A DNA stretch of 63,529 bases, filler included, from Chrysochromulina tobinii (Eukaryota), in the NCBI GenBank assembly GCA_001275005.1. It is 9 parts of 9 records of this genome, joined end to end, with 100 filler letters (N's around TTAATTAATTAA, not from the genome) between each part and the next. Parts side by side here need not be neighbours in the genome. Positions count along the whole stretch, not along the records: positions 41,265 to 52,396 come from JWZX01000332.1; positions 52,497 to 54,159 come from JWZX01000333.1; 7 more parts are not named here. The stretch is one strand, 5' to 3'. This document shows positions 41,340 to 54,259 of this stretch, piece after piece; positions within the stretch are counted from its first letter, which is position 1, and the number at the start of each line of letters is the position of its first letter. Both the position numbers and the translations under genes were made by a program. The notes beneath the pieces were generated by a model. The model made no database searches, had not been told where the DNA came from, and saw only the letters and a list, made by a program, of their open reading frames with translations.

Positions 41340-41441
41340 CGCACACCACTCCATGAAAAGCTCTTGTCGCGCGCGCGAACGTTTCGAGACCGCAAGTTTA
41401 CGCGAAGCGTCGTTCATGGCGACTCGTTCGTGCATGGCGGG

Positions 41442-43618
41442 ATGATCAAGCAGCCCAATGCATCACCACCCCCTAGCCCAGAACTGGTCCGCGCACCCCC
41501 CCCTAGCCCAGAATGGGTCCGCGCGTCCCCACCTTCCGCTGCCACGCCCGCCTCACGTCGAAGGCTGGGAAAAGGCTGGGCTCTCGCCCGTAGCAAGATC
41601 CACGCGCGCCTCCTAGTCGCTCGAGCATTGCATGTAGCTCCTGCTATCGCGCTTCTCAATTGCTACAATCGCTCCCAGGAGTACCTCAGGAAGCTTCGCC
41701 ACGGGGTGAAGGGTCTCCATCGCCTCGCCGACGCCCTCTCGGACGTCAACGGTGAACAACCGAAGCCAAAGAATGGTCGAAAAGGCTGGGCGCCGGCGTC
41801 GGCGCAAACGGTGCCGGTATCCCGGACAGCGCCACCGACATTGACGGCGACGGCAAACGGTATGGCATCGATATTGATGGAGACGGGATCATCGACGCCG
41901 TCACCAACGTCGCCACGGAGAAGGTCCTTGCAAACGAGGAATATTGGCAGCAAGGAGATGCGAGCCTGCACACGGAGGCGAGCCTCAGGCAGCGTTCCAC
42001 ACTGCGTCGTCACAAATTGGTCCTCGATGCCTGCTACGAGTTTTGGAAGCTCGTGCTGCACACAACAGGCATGACCATCGCGCACCCAGCGACGACGGAG
42101 AGGATAGCATTGCGCGAGGCGTACGAAGCAATCTTTTTGCGTGCATACCGATTGCTGCTGGAGGACTGGGATGCCGACGACGCGGCTCAATGCATTGCGG
42201 CCGATTGGTTCGACGACACTAAAGCGGGAGACGGCCTCGGGCTCAACTACTCCGCCTTTTGCGACGCGCTGTTCATGGTTGCCGATATATGGACGAGATC
42301 CATTGACGGCGAGGAGTATGCCGACTTCCTGTGGCGCCTGTACCAAGGCATCGCTCGTGCAGACCCCCCCCGCTTCAAACAGATGGATGAAGTCGGATTT
42401 GACGCATCGTTCGAGATGCGTTCAGAGGGTCGGAAGGCCTCCGCGTTCACCATCTTGGCACGGTTGGACGGGCTGAAACGGAAAGCTGCCACAAAGATAG
42501 CGAACCTACGGCGCAGGCAACTTGCGCGGAGAGAAGCTGCGGAACGGAAGCTCGCTGTGGAAAAGGTACAGACCAACGTAAGAGTGAAGATGGGCCGGAA
42601 GCGGGCGCAAGAGCGGCGACAAGAAAAAGAATCGAACGCAGCTGAAGAGAAGAAAGCGAGAGCGACAAAGGCACGTTTAGAAGCTGAGGAAGAGAAGCGA
42701 GCTGTGCTCAATATCCAAAAGAACGCAAGAGCGGCGTTTGCCCGTAAACGGGCGCAAGAGCGGGCGCAAGAGAAACAAATGCTGACAGAGTTACTTCAAC
42801 AGAGGCGTACGGCCCCTGTCCTCATAGAAGCAGCTCCTGCCGTGGACTGGTCCCCGCTCCAACTCATCGAACTGCGACACGTCGAGGACTGGCCGCAGCT
42901 GACCCGGCGGCGCCACGTGACACCCCAAAGGAGGCCACGACGAGTGCAGCCTGGACCATCGGCGCATGGGCGACGTGTATCGGCGGCTGGACTGTCGCCA
43001 ACGGCCGCCTTCGTCCGCGATGGCCATGGTGTTGCGCTGCAAGCTTCGCCCACCGACTCGAGCTGGAACGAGGTACCCAGGCTGTACTCTAGGTGGAGCA
43101 AGTTGCGAACCGACGTACGAGAGGAGCAGTTCCGTGAGGATGCGCGCGAGTGGCTCAGCGACTGTGATCCGCATCGATTTCCTCAACCACCGGAAGGAGT
43201 CGCTCCGGGGCTAGGCATCACCAGCCCGCGTCGTCAGTACTATCAGGCCCCGCCCGAAGTGCCTCCGCGTCGCGAGCTCCTCATGAGCCAGTTCCTTGTT
43301 GCCGCTAAGGCATCGGATGGGGAGCCGTACTCGAAGGATCCATCTGAGCGTTTACCGCCGCTGGCCGAGCAGGAGGGCCGTCACAAGTCCCCTCGGGTGG
43401 TGAAGTTCTCGGCGCTGCCACGCCTTTCGCCACGAGATCAACCGCCCATCCCAGGCTACGTGCGCCGGCCCGTCGGGCATGCCGATTCCATCCTGGTGAA
43501 GTTGCCCAATTCCACGGCAGAGGGTTCCGCTGCGAAAGGGACGCAGCTGCCCGTGCTGCCCATTGGTAGTATTCTTCTGACTTTAGCCGCGGGAGCCGAA
43601 GTTAGGGAGCCCTTGTAG
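41442..43618 (+). CDS. Protein with a degenerate EF-hand-like domain, IQ-like motifs and coiled coil; 5' exon structure uncertain
   Basis: The frame is open from 41756: DIDGDG x2, YWQQGD...LFMVADIWT...EYADFL, then AATKI../VEKVQ../VLNIQKNARA. An upstream MIKQP segment lies in another frame. Confidence 0.6.
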
Positions 43619-43725
43619 GAGAGGTGTCGATCACGTACTGAATACCCTACCGGTAACCTTTTTGCATGCGGAAGCTTTCACATGAACGGTAAACATGGCC
43701 GTGAAGCGGCCCGCCCTGTTTTGGT

Positions 43726-45600
43726 ATGCCCTCAGTCGTATTCTTCGCGGCGGCGGCACTTTCGTTGCCAGTGCAGCTCACGCCCATTGTAGCCGACATC
43801 AAAGGTGGCATCGAGGTGACCCTGTTCCGCGAGACCGGCTTCGAGTCGCCAGAGCACCGCGACGTGCGCTGCGGCTTTGGCAGCAGATGGGTCCCAGGGG
43901 TGCTGCGTCCGGACCTGAAGACGATCTTGTGCACGGTTCCGCCCGCGCCAGGCGGCCTGCCAGGCAACGTGACAATCCGTCTGCGCATCGATCCGCTCCC
44001 GGAGGACCAAGGCAGCGCACTGCTGGTCTACTGTAAGCCCTCTGCTGCCGCGCCGAATCGCGCTCACACTCACGCACACCTTCTAGGATGAGCAGGAGGC
44101 GGCGTCCATGCCACCACACGCGCGGCAACGCGCGTGGCCTGCCGCACGGCCCCGATTCATCGCCAGCACGTCCTTCCGCCAAGTCCGCACGCCGCCCTGT
44201 CACTACGCCCTTCTCCTCATGCCTCGCACGCCACGCCGCTCCCGAGCACAGATGACGCATCGACGCTGCCCATCGTCTCGACGGTGAGCCCAGCGTTTGC
44301 GGACGGGTTGAAGCCGTCGCAGCTGCGCGTCTTCGGGAGCAACTTTGCGCCGCTCTCCACCACGACTGAGCTGCGCCTTTGGCGCCGACGGCGCATCACC
44401 GGCAACCTTCATCTCGACCCTCGAGCTCGCGTGCGCTTCGCCCCTGTCTGAGGGCGCCCGAACTCACAAGAGCGACCTGCACGTCTCGCTCGACGGGCGG
44501 CTCTTCTCAGCGTCGGGCGAGGCCTCCGTCGTGCTCACCAACAGCCACGAGCCGCCGCATCTGAGCAAGCTCAGCCCAGCACTCGGGCCGGTCGCCGGCG
44601 GTCTCGAGCTCACCATATTTGGGAGTGGCTTCACACCGGTCGCTACCGGTCTTGCGTGCGCCTTTGGCCTCGAGGCAGGGGGCACAAGCACGCCGGCAAC
44701 GTTCACGTCCCCCGAGCGCGTCACGTGCAAAGCCCCCGTCTCAAGCGCGCCCGGTGCTGCAGTAAGCCTGAGCGTGCGTGCTGCGAGCGCTTCTGCCGGC
44801 GGCCCACCCGCCTCGGCGGGCCTCCCATTCTTTTATTATGACCCGTCGGTAGCGCCGGTGGTGAGCGCGATCGCGCCCATCCTTGGCGACATGCGCACGC
44901 CGCCGATCGTGACGCTGAGCGGCACGGGCTTCGCGCCCGTCGGTGCGTCCCTCCAATGCCGTCTCGGCGAGTTGCATGCACACGCCACGTTCATCTCGGG
45001 CACTTCAATCAAGTGTGAGGCGCCCTCAACTGCGAAACTGCCCAGAGGCGGGCTACCGGTACGGGCGTCCATCGACGGCGGCGTCACGCTCCTGCCGTCG
45101 CGTGCGTCGCTGCTGCTCTACGATGCCTCGGAACCGCCGTATGTTTCGTCCATTCTGCCTCCATACGCGAGCCTGGGAGGTGGCACGTCGCTCACCCTGA
45201 CCGGAAGCAACTTCGCGCCGACGCCAGAGCTCGCGTGTGTCTTCGACGAGCTGGGGCTGACGCCGGCGACGCTGATCGATTCGAGCACGCTCACCTGCGC
45301 CTCGCCTGTCGCGCGCTCGCCCGTGCGCACCGCAATGTCAGTCACCCTCGATCAGCTCACCCTCTCGTCAAGTGGACTCACCTTCGACCTTCACGACGCC
45401 GACAGGCCGTCCACGCTCGTGGAGGTGTGGCCTAGTGCGGTCACTCTTCATGGCGGCGCGCCGCTCACATTCATCGGACACAATTTCAATCCGGCCGATG
45501 ATGTCGCCGCATGCGTCTTCTCATTGCCCTCTCCCCTTGCGCCCACCATGGCGCCCACCCTCACCGCTGCAGCGACCGCCGCCGCGACCGCCAACGGCAC

Positions 45601-45639
<39 letters not shown>

Positions 45640-48600
45640 CGACGACGACGAGAAGCCGCTGTGGGCGACACCCGCGACGCTCGAGGCCGGTGCGCTCATG
45701 CGCTGCATGTCGCCCAAAGTGGACGCCAAGTACCAGGGCACCCTTCGAGTCCATATTTGGTCAGCGTCGTCGACGTCGTCGACGTCGTCGGCGTCGTCGG
45801 CCAAAGTCGGAGAGGTCAACCCTCTGCGCGCCCTCATGAGCCCCCTCGGAGCGGCCAAGCAAGCGGTGCGCGACTTGGATCGGGGACTCCCCTCGGGCGC
45901 CGACACGTCGCTCTCGGCGACGTGGGTGCCGCTCGTGGTCTTCGAGCCTGGCGTGCCGCCGACGCTTGCGGCCCTCGTGCCCAACTACAGCAAGCTCGCC
46001 CCTTACGGCAACCCGGCCGCCGTCGTGCTCGTCGGTGCCAACTTCGCCACGTCGTATGGAGATCTGCTGTGCGAGATTGCAGCCCTATGGGCGCAGCAGC
46101 CGGCGCAGCGGTTCGGGCCGCCGATCTTTTACAATGGCTCTGCCATCCAATGCCTCGTGCCGCCGCCTCCTCGAGACGGCTCGACGGGCGACGTCAGCCT
46201 ACGCGCTTCGTCAGACGGGGGTGTGAGCTGGTCGGCGCCGCTCAACTTCACCTGGTGAATGCCATTGATGGTCTATTGATTGCTATTGATGGCCATGGAT
46301 TGCCAGCCTCATTTGGCACGACTTTTCGCGTCAGCCGATTGTGACGGGAGCGCCCGCGAGGATTGCTGCTGATTGCCATGGATTGCTGTTGATGGCCATT
46401 GGTTGCTGCTGATTGCCATGGATTGCTTTTGATTGCCATTGATTGCCATTGATTGCCATTGATTGCTGTTGATTGCCATTGATTGCTGTTGATTGCCATG
46501 GATTGCTGGTGCCTCCTCAGGTACGATCCGTCGCGTCCGCCGATTGTGACGGGAGCCCCCGCGACGATGGACGTGGCCGCCCCGTCTGCGACCATCCCAG
46601 TAAAGGGCGCGAACTTCGCCCCGACCGCCGAAAACCTGCGTTGCGGCTTTGGCGGCTTCGGGGCCCATGGGCAGGACTCTGCCACTGACCTGAGTGTGCA
46701 GGCTACCTTTGTTGCGGGCGGTGCGATCAGCTGCCCGCCCCCGCACCACTGGTGGCAGGTGGCGCACCTGCACGTGACCCACGACTATGGTGAGTCCTGG
46801 TCCGTCGAACCGGTGCCCATCCAATTGTACAACTCATCGCAGCTCGCGCTGGTCAGTGCTGTCGAACCCAAAGCGATCGCTCTCGTGCACGAGCAGGCGT
46901 CTGTGGCACTCGTGCTCCGTGGCTCTCACTTCTTCCGCCCCGATGCTGTGGGGGGCGGGCCACGGGGCCTGTCGCGCGTGTGCCGCTACCAGCCGCTTCC
47001 CGAGGGCAGGGTACTGCTTGCACCGGCCACCGTCACGGACGGCACGCATGCCACGTGCGCCACTCCCGTGCCCCTCATGCCCATGACAGCAGCCGTCGCG
47101 CTCAGCTTCGACGGTGGCGCCACCTACGGCACTGCCGCCGTGGTCACCTTTTATGACGAGCGCTCGCCAGCGAGCCTCGTCGCCGTCGATCCGCCCGACG
47201 GCGAGAGTCAGGCCTCGACGCCCGTGAGGCTCATCGGAGTCAACTTCAAGCCGCCCACCACGGCGGACGCGCTCGTGTGCCGCTTTGGCGCCGAGAAGGC
47301 ATTCGGCACCTTTGTCGACTCGGCCGCGATCGCCTGCCAAGCGCCCGCCGCGGCACTCGTCGGCGCGGTGCGCGTGTCGCTCTCGACCGACGGTGGGAAC
47401 ACGTGGCCGGTGCTCTCGGGGGGGGGAGCTCTCGGGGGGGGGAGACACCCAAGGGGCTCAGCGCCGCCTTGGACGTTGAGGTGATCGCACCCTTGGTCAC
47501 GTACGTGTACTACGACTCGTCGCTTGGCGCGAGGCTCTCGGGCGTGACGCCCGCGGCGGCCCCCATCACTGGCGGCATGCCGCTCACGCTCATCGGCTCC
47601 AATTTTGTGCCGACCACTGAAGAGGCGCGCCACCGGGCGGCGACAGTTACACCGTTGGGGACCACCGTCCCTGCACGGCGCCGGCGCGCCCTCGCCGACG
47701 ATGCGGAGGAGGAGGAGCCGCAGACAGCGCAGCGGTGGCAGCAGCAGGAGCAGCCATGGCAGGCGCAGACCCAGCAGCAGACCCAGCAGCGACCGCCGCC
47801 GCCGCCGCCGCAGCCACCGCAGCCGCCGCCTCAGCCGCAGGAGCGGCAGTTGCACCCGCCGCACCCCACGCAATCGCCTCACCCACCACACCCCACGCAG
47901 CCGCTTCACTCGCCGCACCGGCCGCACGCAGCTGACAACGCGGCCGCAGTTGGCGGCGGCGCGCCTGCCACAGCAGCGGCAATGGGCGAGGATATGCACC
48001 GCGGCCGCGGCGGCGGCAAGCGCAAGCTCGCCAACTGGCCCATCGGCGCCGACACGGCGCCTCTGCAGGTCCTCGTCGGCAACGGTACACGCGGCCATGT
48101 CACCTACGGGCGCGCCGTGTGCCTCTTCTCAGCTTCGGGTGTCGTGCTTGGCGCGACGCCCGCCTCGTTCATGTCATTTGCGCAAGCGACGTGCTTCTCA
48201 CCCCCTGTGCGGTCGGCGGACTCCGACGCTACGATCAAGCTGGTCTCGGCCGACGGGCTCGTGTCCCTCGGAGTGCCTTTCACCTTCTACAACGCGTCGG
48301 CGCCACCCATCGTGTCGCGTGTGGTGCCGTACGCGTTGCAATTTGGCGCGCCGCCCACCACGATTGAAGTGTACGGCTCTGGCTTTGCGCCCATGCAGCT
48401 CCTGTGCCACTTCACGGTCGAAGTGCACGGCGCCAAGGCCGAGCGTTGGGCGACACCAGCCACCTTCAAGTCTACGTCGCTGGTGCTCTGCACGGCGCCC
48501 GCCATCCCGCATCCGGCCAACCTGCACGAGCTCCTCCTCGTACCGCTCGCCATCACGCGCGATGGTGTGCGCTCGCCTGCCAAGCTCGAGGGTGTGGGGA

Positions 48601-51600
48601 ACCTGGCCGCTGTGGAATACTATGACCGCGGTGGACTACCAGCGACGATTGCGGCTGTGCCGCTCGCCGTCGACATCCGCGGCGGCGCGAAGCTCATGGT
48701 CTCAGGCAGCAGCTTCCACGACGGCGGCGCGTCGATGCATTGCGTGGTGGGCCACATTCACGTGCCAGCGCGCTTTGTGTCGCGCTCGGCTGTGGCGTGT
48801 GAGGTACCGATGGCGGAGGCATCCTGGGTGGGCGCCAACGCCACGCAGCCCGTGTGCGTCATGTACGTCGACGACGAGAAAGACGAGAGTGGGGGGGGCG
48901 CCGTCGTCATCCGGCGTCGCTACTCCGACTTTTGCGGCGCGCACGTCACCTACTACGACCCGACCCGCCCGCCCACGTTCACCGCCCTCGAGCCGCGCCT
49001 CGCCCCTTTGCACACGCCGACGGTGGTCGCACTCTTCGGCACGAACATGTGCCCCACCGGTGCAGAGCTCGTTTGCCGCTTTGGGTCGATCGATCGGCCG
49101 CCATTACCCGCCTCCTTTGTAGCCGGCGATCAGGTGCGCTGCGAGGCGCCCGCTGTGTCGTCTCCCTCCACTGCGATCGTCAGCGTCTCTTGCGACGGCG
49201 GCACGTCGTGGTCGAGCACGGGCCTGGCCGTGCTCTTTGCCTACTACGACCCCACCAAGCTGCCCACCCTCGTGTCGTTCTCGCCCACCGTCGGCGACAC
49301 GGCCGGCGGCACTCTCATCAGGCTCACCGGTAGCAACTACGCACCGACCGCCGGCTTCGCCTGCCAATTCGGAGCGCTGCCACCCACCCCCGCCACGTAC
49401 CTCAACACGACATCTGCCGTGTGCCTGACGCCGCCCTCTCCAAAGGTGCAGACACTTGAGCTGCATCTCTCTCTCGACAGCACGCAGCCCTCGTCGCACA
49501 CGTCGCACGAGGCGAAGCGCTTCACGTTCTACGCCGCCGCCGAGCCTCCGACGGTGATTGCGATCTCGTCGGGATGGGGTGAGACGTGGCGCCCGTTGCT
49601 CCCCCCCGTGATCCTCACGGTCACTGGCACCAACTTCGCGCCGACTCCAAATGGAGAGCTGCAGAGTCTCTTCGAGCCGTTGGTCGACGAGGGCGCGCGC
49701 GAAATGTACGCACGCATGCGCGAGATGCATGCGCCGCCGAGGGAGCTTGAGGTCGATCTCCCGGAGCCGCCGCCTCCGGCCATCGTGCCCGCGACCTATG
49801 TGTCCGTCACCACGATCCGCTGCGCTGTGCCGCCCATGCCCACGCCGTGCACCGCCGCCGTCTCCGCGTCCCACGGCAAGATCAACGGCACGGCCGCCTT
49901 TGGCCCCTCCCTCGCCAGCTACACGTACTACGACGCGCTCAGCACGCCCATCGTCTCGTCCCTCTCGCCCGCGTACACGCCCTCTGACGAATCCCGAACG
50001 ATCACCCTGTACGGCTCGAACTTCAATCCGAAGGGTGGCATGATGGTGCGCTTTGGCCAAATCGGGCGTCCCGTGCCCGCCACCTTTGTCTCCGTCACGT
50101 CCGCGCGCGTCAAGTCGCCGTTGCCTCCACGCGAGGGTCGCGAGTGCGCTCAGTTCAACTCGGCCAGTCGATCTCCGTGCATCTCCCTCTCTGTGTACGT
50201 GGAGGTGTCCGCCGGACCGTTCACACGGCCGCCGTTGCCTGTGAACTTGGGCCCCTCGATGGCCGAAGGGGGAGTCTTCACCTGGTGCGCCCGAGTGCCG
50301 CTGAGTGCCGCCGAGTGCCGCCGAGTGTTGCCGAGTGCCACCGAGTGCCACCGAGTGCGCCTGATGACCTCTGATTTGCAACGGGTCGGCTTGCACACAG
50401 GTGGGAACCTCGCCACGCCACCCGCCCATTTCTATCTGATGACCGCTGATGAACGCTGATTGCACCCCTCATCAGGTGGGACCCTCGCCACCCGCCCTTT
50501 CTAATCAGCCTCGAGCCCGAGACGCACCGCTGCTTCGACGGCGGCGCCTCCGTACACGATGTACGCCACGCGGGGCATGAGCTCATCACCGTCTCGAATC
50601 GCGCCTTCGTGGGCGTCAACGGCTCCAACTTCGCGCCCCTGCCCAACCTGATGTGCATGTTCAAGCGGCAGGGCGAGTCGGCCCGGGAGGCGTATGAGCA
50701 CACGGTGCCTGCGCGGGCTTGTGCCACGGAGTACTAATGAGTGCCACTTCCTGGCCGCCGCGTGCCGCTGCGTTGGGTGTCGCTGCATGCCAAGGATTGC
50801 CTTCGAGTGCCTCCGAGTGCCAACAATGGATATCGATCGCTACCGCTCACCTCGCTTGCACAGGTGCCCGCCGACTTTTTCCATGCACATTACATCCGAT
50901 GCCCCATCCCCGAGATGGAGTTGGGTGACGACGGCTCGGGGCTCTTTTCGGGGCGTGTCTCGATGATGTTCACCGTCTCCAACGACGGCGAGACCTACCG
51001 GTACACCAACCGCTCCTTCTACTTTGAGGGAGGGTGTACCGGCACATTGTCGCGCATGCTCGCGGGCCCGACACTCACCGCACTCAGCGTGCTCTTGGTG
51101 CTCGGCCTCCCCGTCCTCGTGATCCTCATCGCCGTCGGGCTGGGTGGTTGCGTGTACAGCTGCGGCGGACCCCTCCGTGGCGAGAAGAAGGTGGGCGCGA
51201 GCTCCTGTCTCCCCTACTGAGCTCCTGATCTCCGACTGATCTCCCCTTCTGAGCTCCTGATCTCCCCTTCACAAGGTGGGCGAGCTCCTGATCTCCGCGT
51301 GCGAGCTTGCATCTCCGTGCATCTCCCTCGGCGTCAAGACGATCCAACCGTACCCGGGGCACGACATGGTGGACGTGCGTGCTGTCTGGGGGGCGGGGGC
51401 GCCCGAGGTGTTGCCACAGGTGCGCCACCTTTGATCGCCGCTCGCATCGTCGCTCTCAATGCCTCTCCCCTTCCTCTCCCCCCTCTCCCCCCCTCTCCCC
51501 CAATCACCCCGCGCGCATTTCCCTCCGTCTCCCTTGATGCCTATCACTGTCGCATCTCGCCGCAATCTCGCCGCACGCGCGCTCGATCCTTGCTCTACGA

Positions 51601-52065
51601 CGATCCTCGAACTGTCTCCCTCCATGGAAGTTTACACCACGCACTTGACTGAATGAATCTGAGAGCTTCCCTCCCATTGGCTTTGCCGCTGCTGATCTTG
51701 CAGTTGACCTCGTTAATGGCCGCCTCCGATCGCCGCTCCGATTGCCGCGCTGACTGCCGCTTTTGTTTGCGCCGCAGGTGCGCCGATCGTACCTGCCTGC
51801 CACGCCGATCAAAGTCCTCGCCTGGATCTTCTCAGAGCTGTCCACAGAGCTGCGTGGGCGCGAGCGCGACACCGACATGGTGCGCAGTCAGTGGGCCCCT
51901 GACGAACCTGATTACAAGCCCAAGGGTTGGTGGGACGAGAAGCTGATGAACTTGAAACTCTCGGTCGCTCCGCAACCGCCGAAGCTGAGGGGTGACACCG
52001 CCGTTAGCAAGCTGGCCCCAAAGCCGCCGCCCCGAGGCGGCAGGGGTGGCCAGGACTTGCTCTGA
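43726..52065 (+). CDS. Large type I membrane protein with many IPT/TIG domains; exons about 43726-44032, 44252-46254, 46521-47409, 47481-50284, 50476-50704, 50864-51190, 51778-52065
   Basis: Signal peptide; repeated P.V..(L/I).P..G...GG..LT..G.NF.P...L.C.FG....PATF......C..P units; TM near 51075-51150. One unexplained frameshift near 44355. Confidence 0.8.
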
Positions 52066-52396
52066 GGGCAGGGGAACGGTATGAGGGTGGGGAGCTACTT
52101 TAATGAAGTGGGGGGTAGTCATTGTCGCGACTGTTCGGAGCGGAGGGCTCGTCGAGGGAGCGCGCTGAGGGGAGCGGGCACTTGAATGGCATGTTGTGCC
52201 ATCCATCGAGGCCGACGTGCTATCGCATGCGCACCCAGATGCCGACGCTGGCCGTGTGTGTGCTGGAGGGAGCGGCAGCGCGAGCGAGGGGCACCCCCGG
52301 TGGCCAGAGCACTATGTAGAAACACCATAGGGTAATTACCTGAGTGTTGAAACCCTCCCCCAAGGTCAAAATCTCGCGCCCCACTATGTAGAAACA

Positions 52397-52496
52397 NNNN
52401 NNNNNNNNNNNNNNNNNNNNNNNNNNNNNNNNNNNNNNNNTTAATTAATTAANNNNNNNNNNNNNNNNNNNNNNNNNNNNNNNNNNNNNNNNNNNN
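52397..52496. other. Artificial contig-joining spacer
   Basis: N44-TTAATTAATTAA-N44. Confidence 0.98.
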
Positions 52497-53210
52497 AGGT
52501 GTGCGCGGGATGTTTCGTGAACAAAGTTGGAAATGCTGTTTGTGGGTTACGGTTAATCGATGCAAGCCGAATTTCCGCGGTTTGAGGGTCTACGTTCCGA
52601 GATCTGTCGATGGGCACCCTGCATAGTTGTGCATAGTCTCGCTACTAACGCGTACTAACGATGGTAATCAAGTTGCCCCGCTGACGCGAGAGCACCCCCG
52701 TCGCCGTTACACCCCCGTCGACTACCCTTGATGTGTGTACGCAGTACGCGGGTGAACTGTACGGTTGGACCGCACACGCGCACAGGCGGATCAGAGGCAG
52801 TGCGACGCGCCGCCGCCGCGCCGGCGTGTGCGGGTCAAAGCTCAAACGCGTAGATCGAAGATTGAGACTCTCGAGTCAAAATCAGTCTCCGTCAGACTAA
52901 ATACTCAATTGTAAATACGGTTAGACCCGAGGCGAACCCGCGAGGCGAACGATCCCGCCCCAAACCGATCTGAAAAGACAAAAGTGCGCTTTTGGCAATT
53001 TGCCATTTGCGCGCGCATTTCCATTTGTGAGGTGAGGCTCTGCGAACTCACATCCTTCACAGGTACAAGTGTCTAAACAAGTGTCCGCTGTTCGGAGGTT
53101 TCGCCCAAGCCTATACGCCCCTGCCATGGAGATGGCGCTGCTCTCCGACTCAGCAGTCGTGAGCGCCCCTCCTATAACGCCCTCAGGTCTCAAAGCCTCT
53201 TTCCTTCGAC

Positions 53211-54159
53211 TCAGCAACGAGCACCAAGGGGAGTCACGCCGGCCGCGGGAGGCACGCTGGCCGCGTTATACGAGCCGGCGGCCGAATCGTTGACCGTAAG
53301 CGGCATGCCCATCGAGACCGCCGTCATTGAGCTTGAGCGGATAGAGGGGCGCACGCGATGCCGCACGTCCGGACCGACGCCGAAGCGCTCGAGGTAGCCG
53401 CCGTTGTAGACGGCGAGGACGAGCCCTGCGAGCGCAAAGAGGAGGGCGAAGACGCCAAGGGTATACGCGCCCCCTACGCTCCCATCCTTCTCTTTAGAGA
53501 CTGAGACCTCATCATCTCCATCATCTCCATCATCTGGCGGGCGATCTGGCTGGCCGTTCACGCACGAGGGACCTTCCTTGGGGAGGCCTCCTGGCCAAGG
53601 TAGGTAAACCTGGGCGTCGCGGCCATGGCCCGTGCGGTCATAGCCTGCGGCCGTGGTCTCCTGAAAATCCTCATCGTCCTCCCCCTCGTCCTCCCCAGCG
53701 TACCACGCGCCCCACGCCCCGTCGAGAGCGCCAAAGCAGCCGCGCGCGTAGCGCTCGTACGCCTGCGCTTCGGTGAGGGCACGGTCCCAGATAGCAATCC
53801 CGTTGCTGACGAGGTTGGCTGCCTGCTCCGGATCGAGGCTATGGGCGGGTGCGTCCTGGTCGATGTTGAGCACGAACGCCGAGTTGGGCTTGCCGGCGCA
53901 CGCGGTGCCTCGGTGGTTGGTGCCGAGGGCGTCCGTGCGCTCGCCGTTGAGGAAGACGTAGCCCTCGGAGGTGACCGCCACGTGGTGCCACGCGGAGTCT
54001 TGAAGCCCAACGGCGTTCAGAAGGATGCAGTTGTCGTTCGCCGGCGTGGCGAACGAGAAGAAGTATGTGTTCTGCGCAGTCGTCCTCGGATCGCCCACGT
54101 GGCGCACCCATCCCTCGATCGTGTAGGCGGCCGGCAGCTCGATCGGGAAGATCTGGAAC
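53211..54159 (-). CDS. LamG/pentraxin-like (concanavalin A fold) membrane protein, 5'-truncated
   Basis: YTIEGWVR, WHHVAVT, VFLNG, DQD, IAIWDRALT, and a C-terminal TM helix. Confidence 0.75.
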
Positions 54160-54259
54160 NNNNNNNNNNNNNNNNNNNNNNNNNNNNNNNNNNNNNNNNN
54201 NNNTTAATTAATTAANNNNNNNNNNNNNNNNNNNNNNNNNNNNNNNNNNNNNNNNNNNN
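54160..54259. other. Artificial contig-joining spacer
   Basis: N44-TTAATTAATTAA-N44. Confidence 0.98.

Noticed and set aside
47410..47480. Frameshift at G homopolymers in the IPT/TIG gene
   Set aside because: A 71-nt GT-AG intron (47410-47480) restores the frame.
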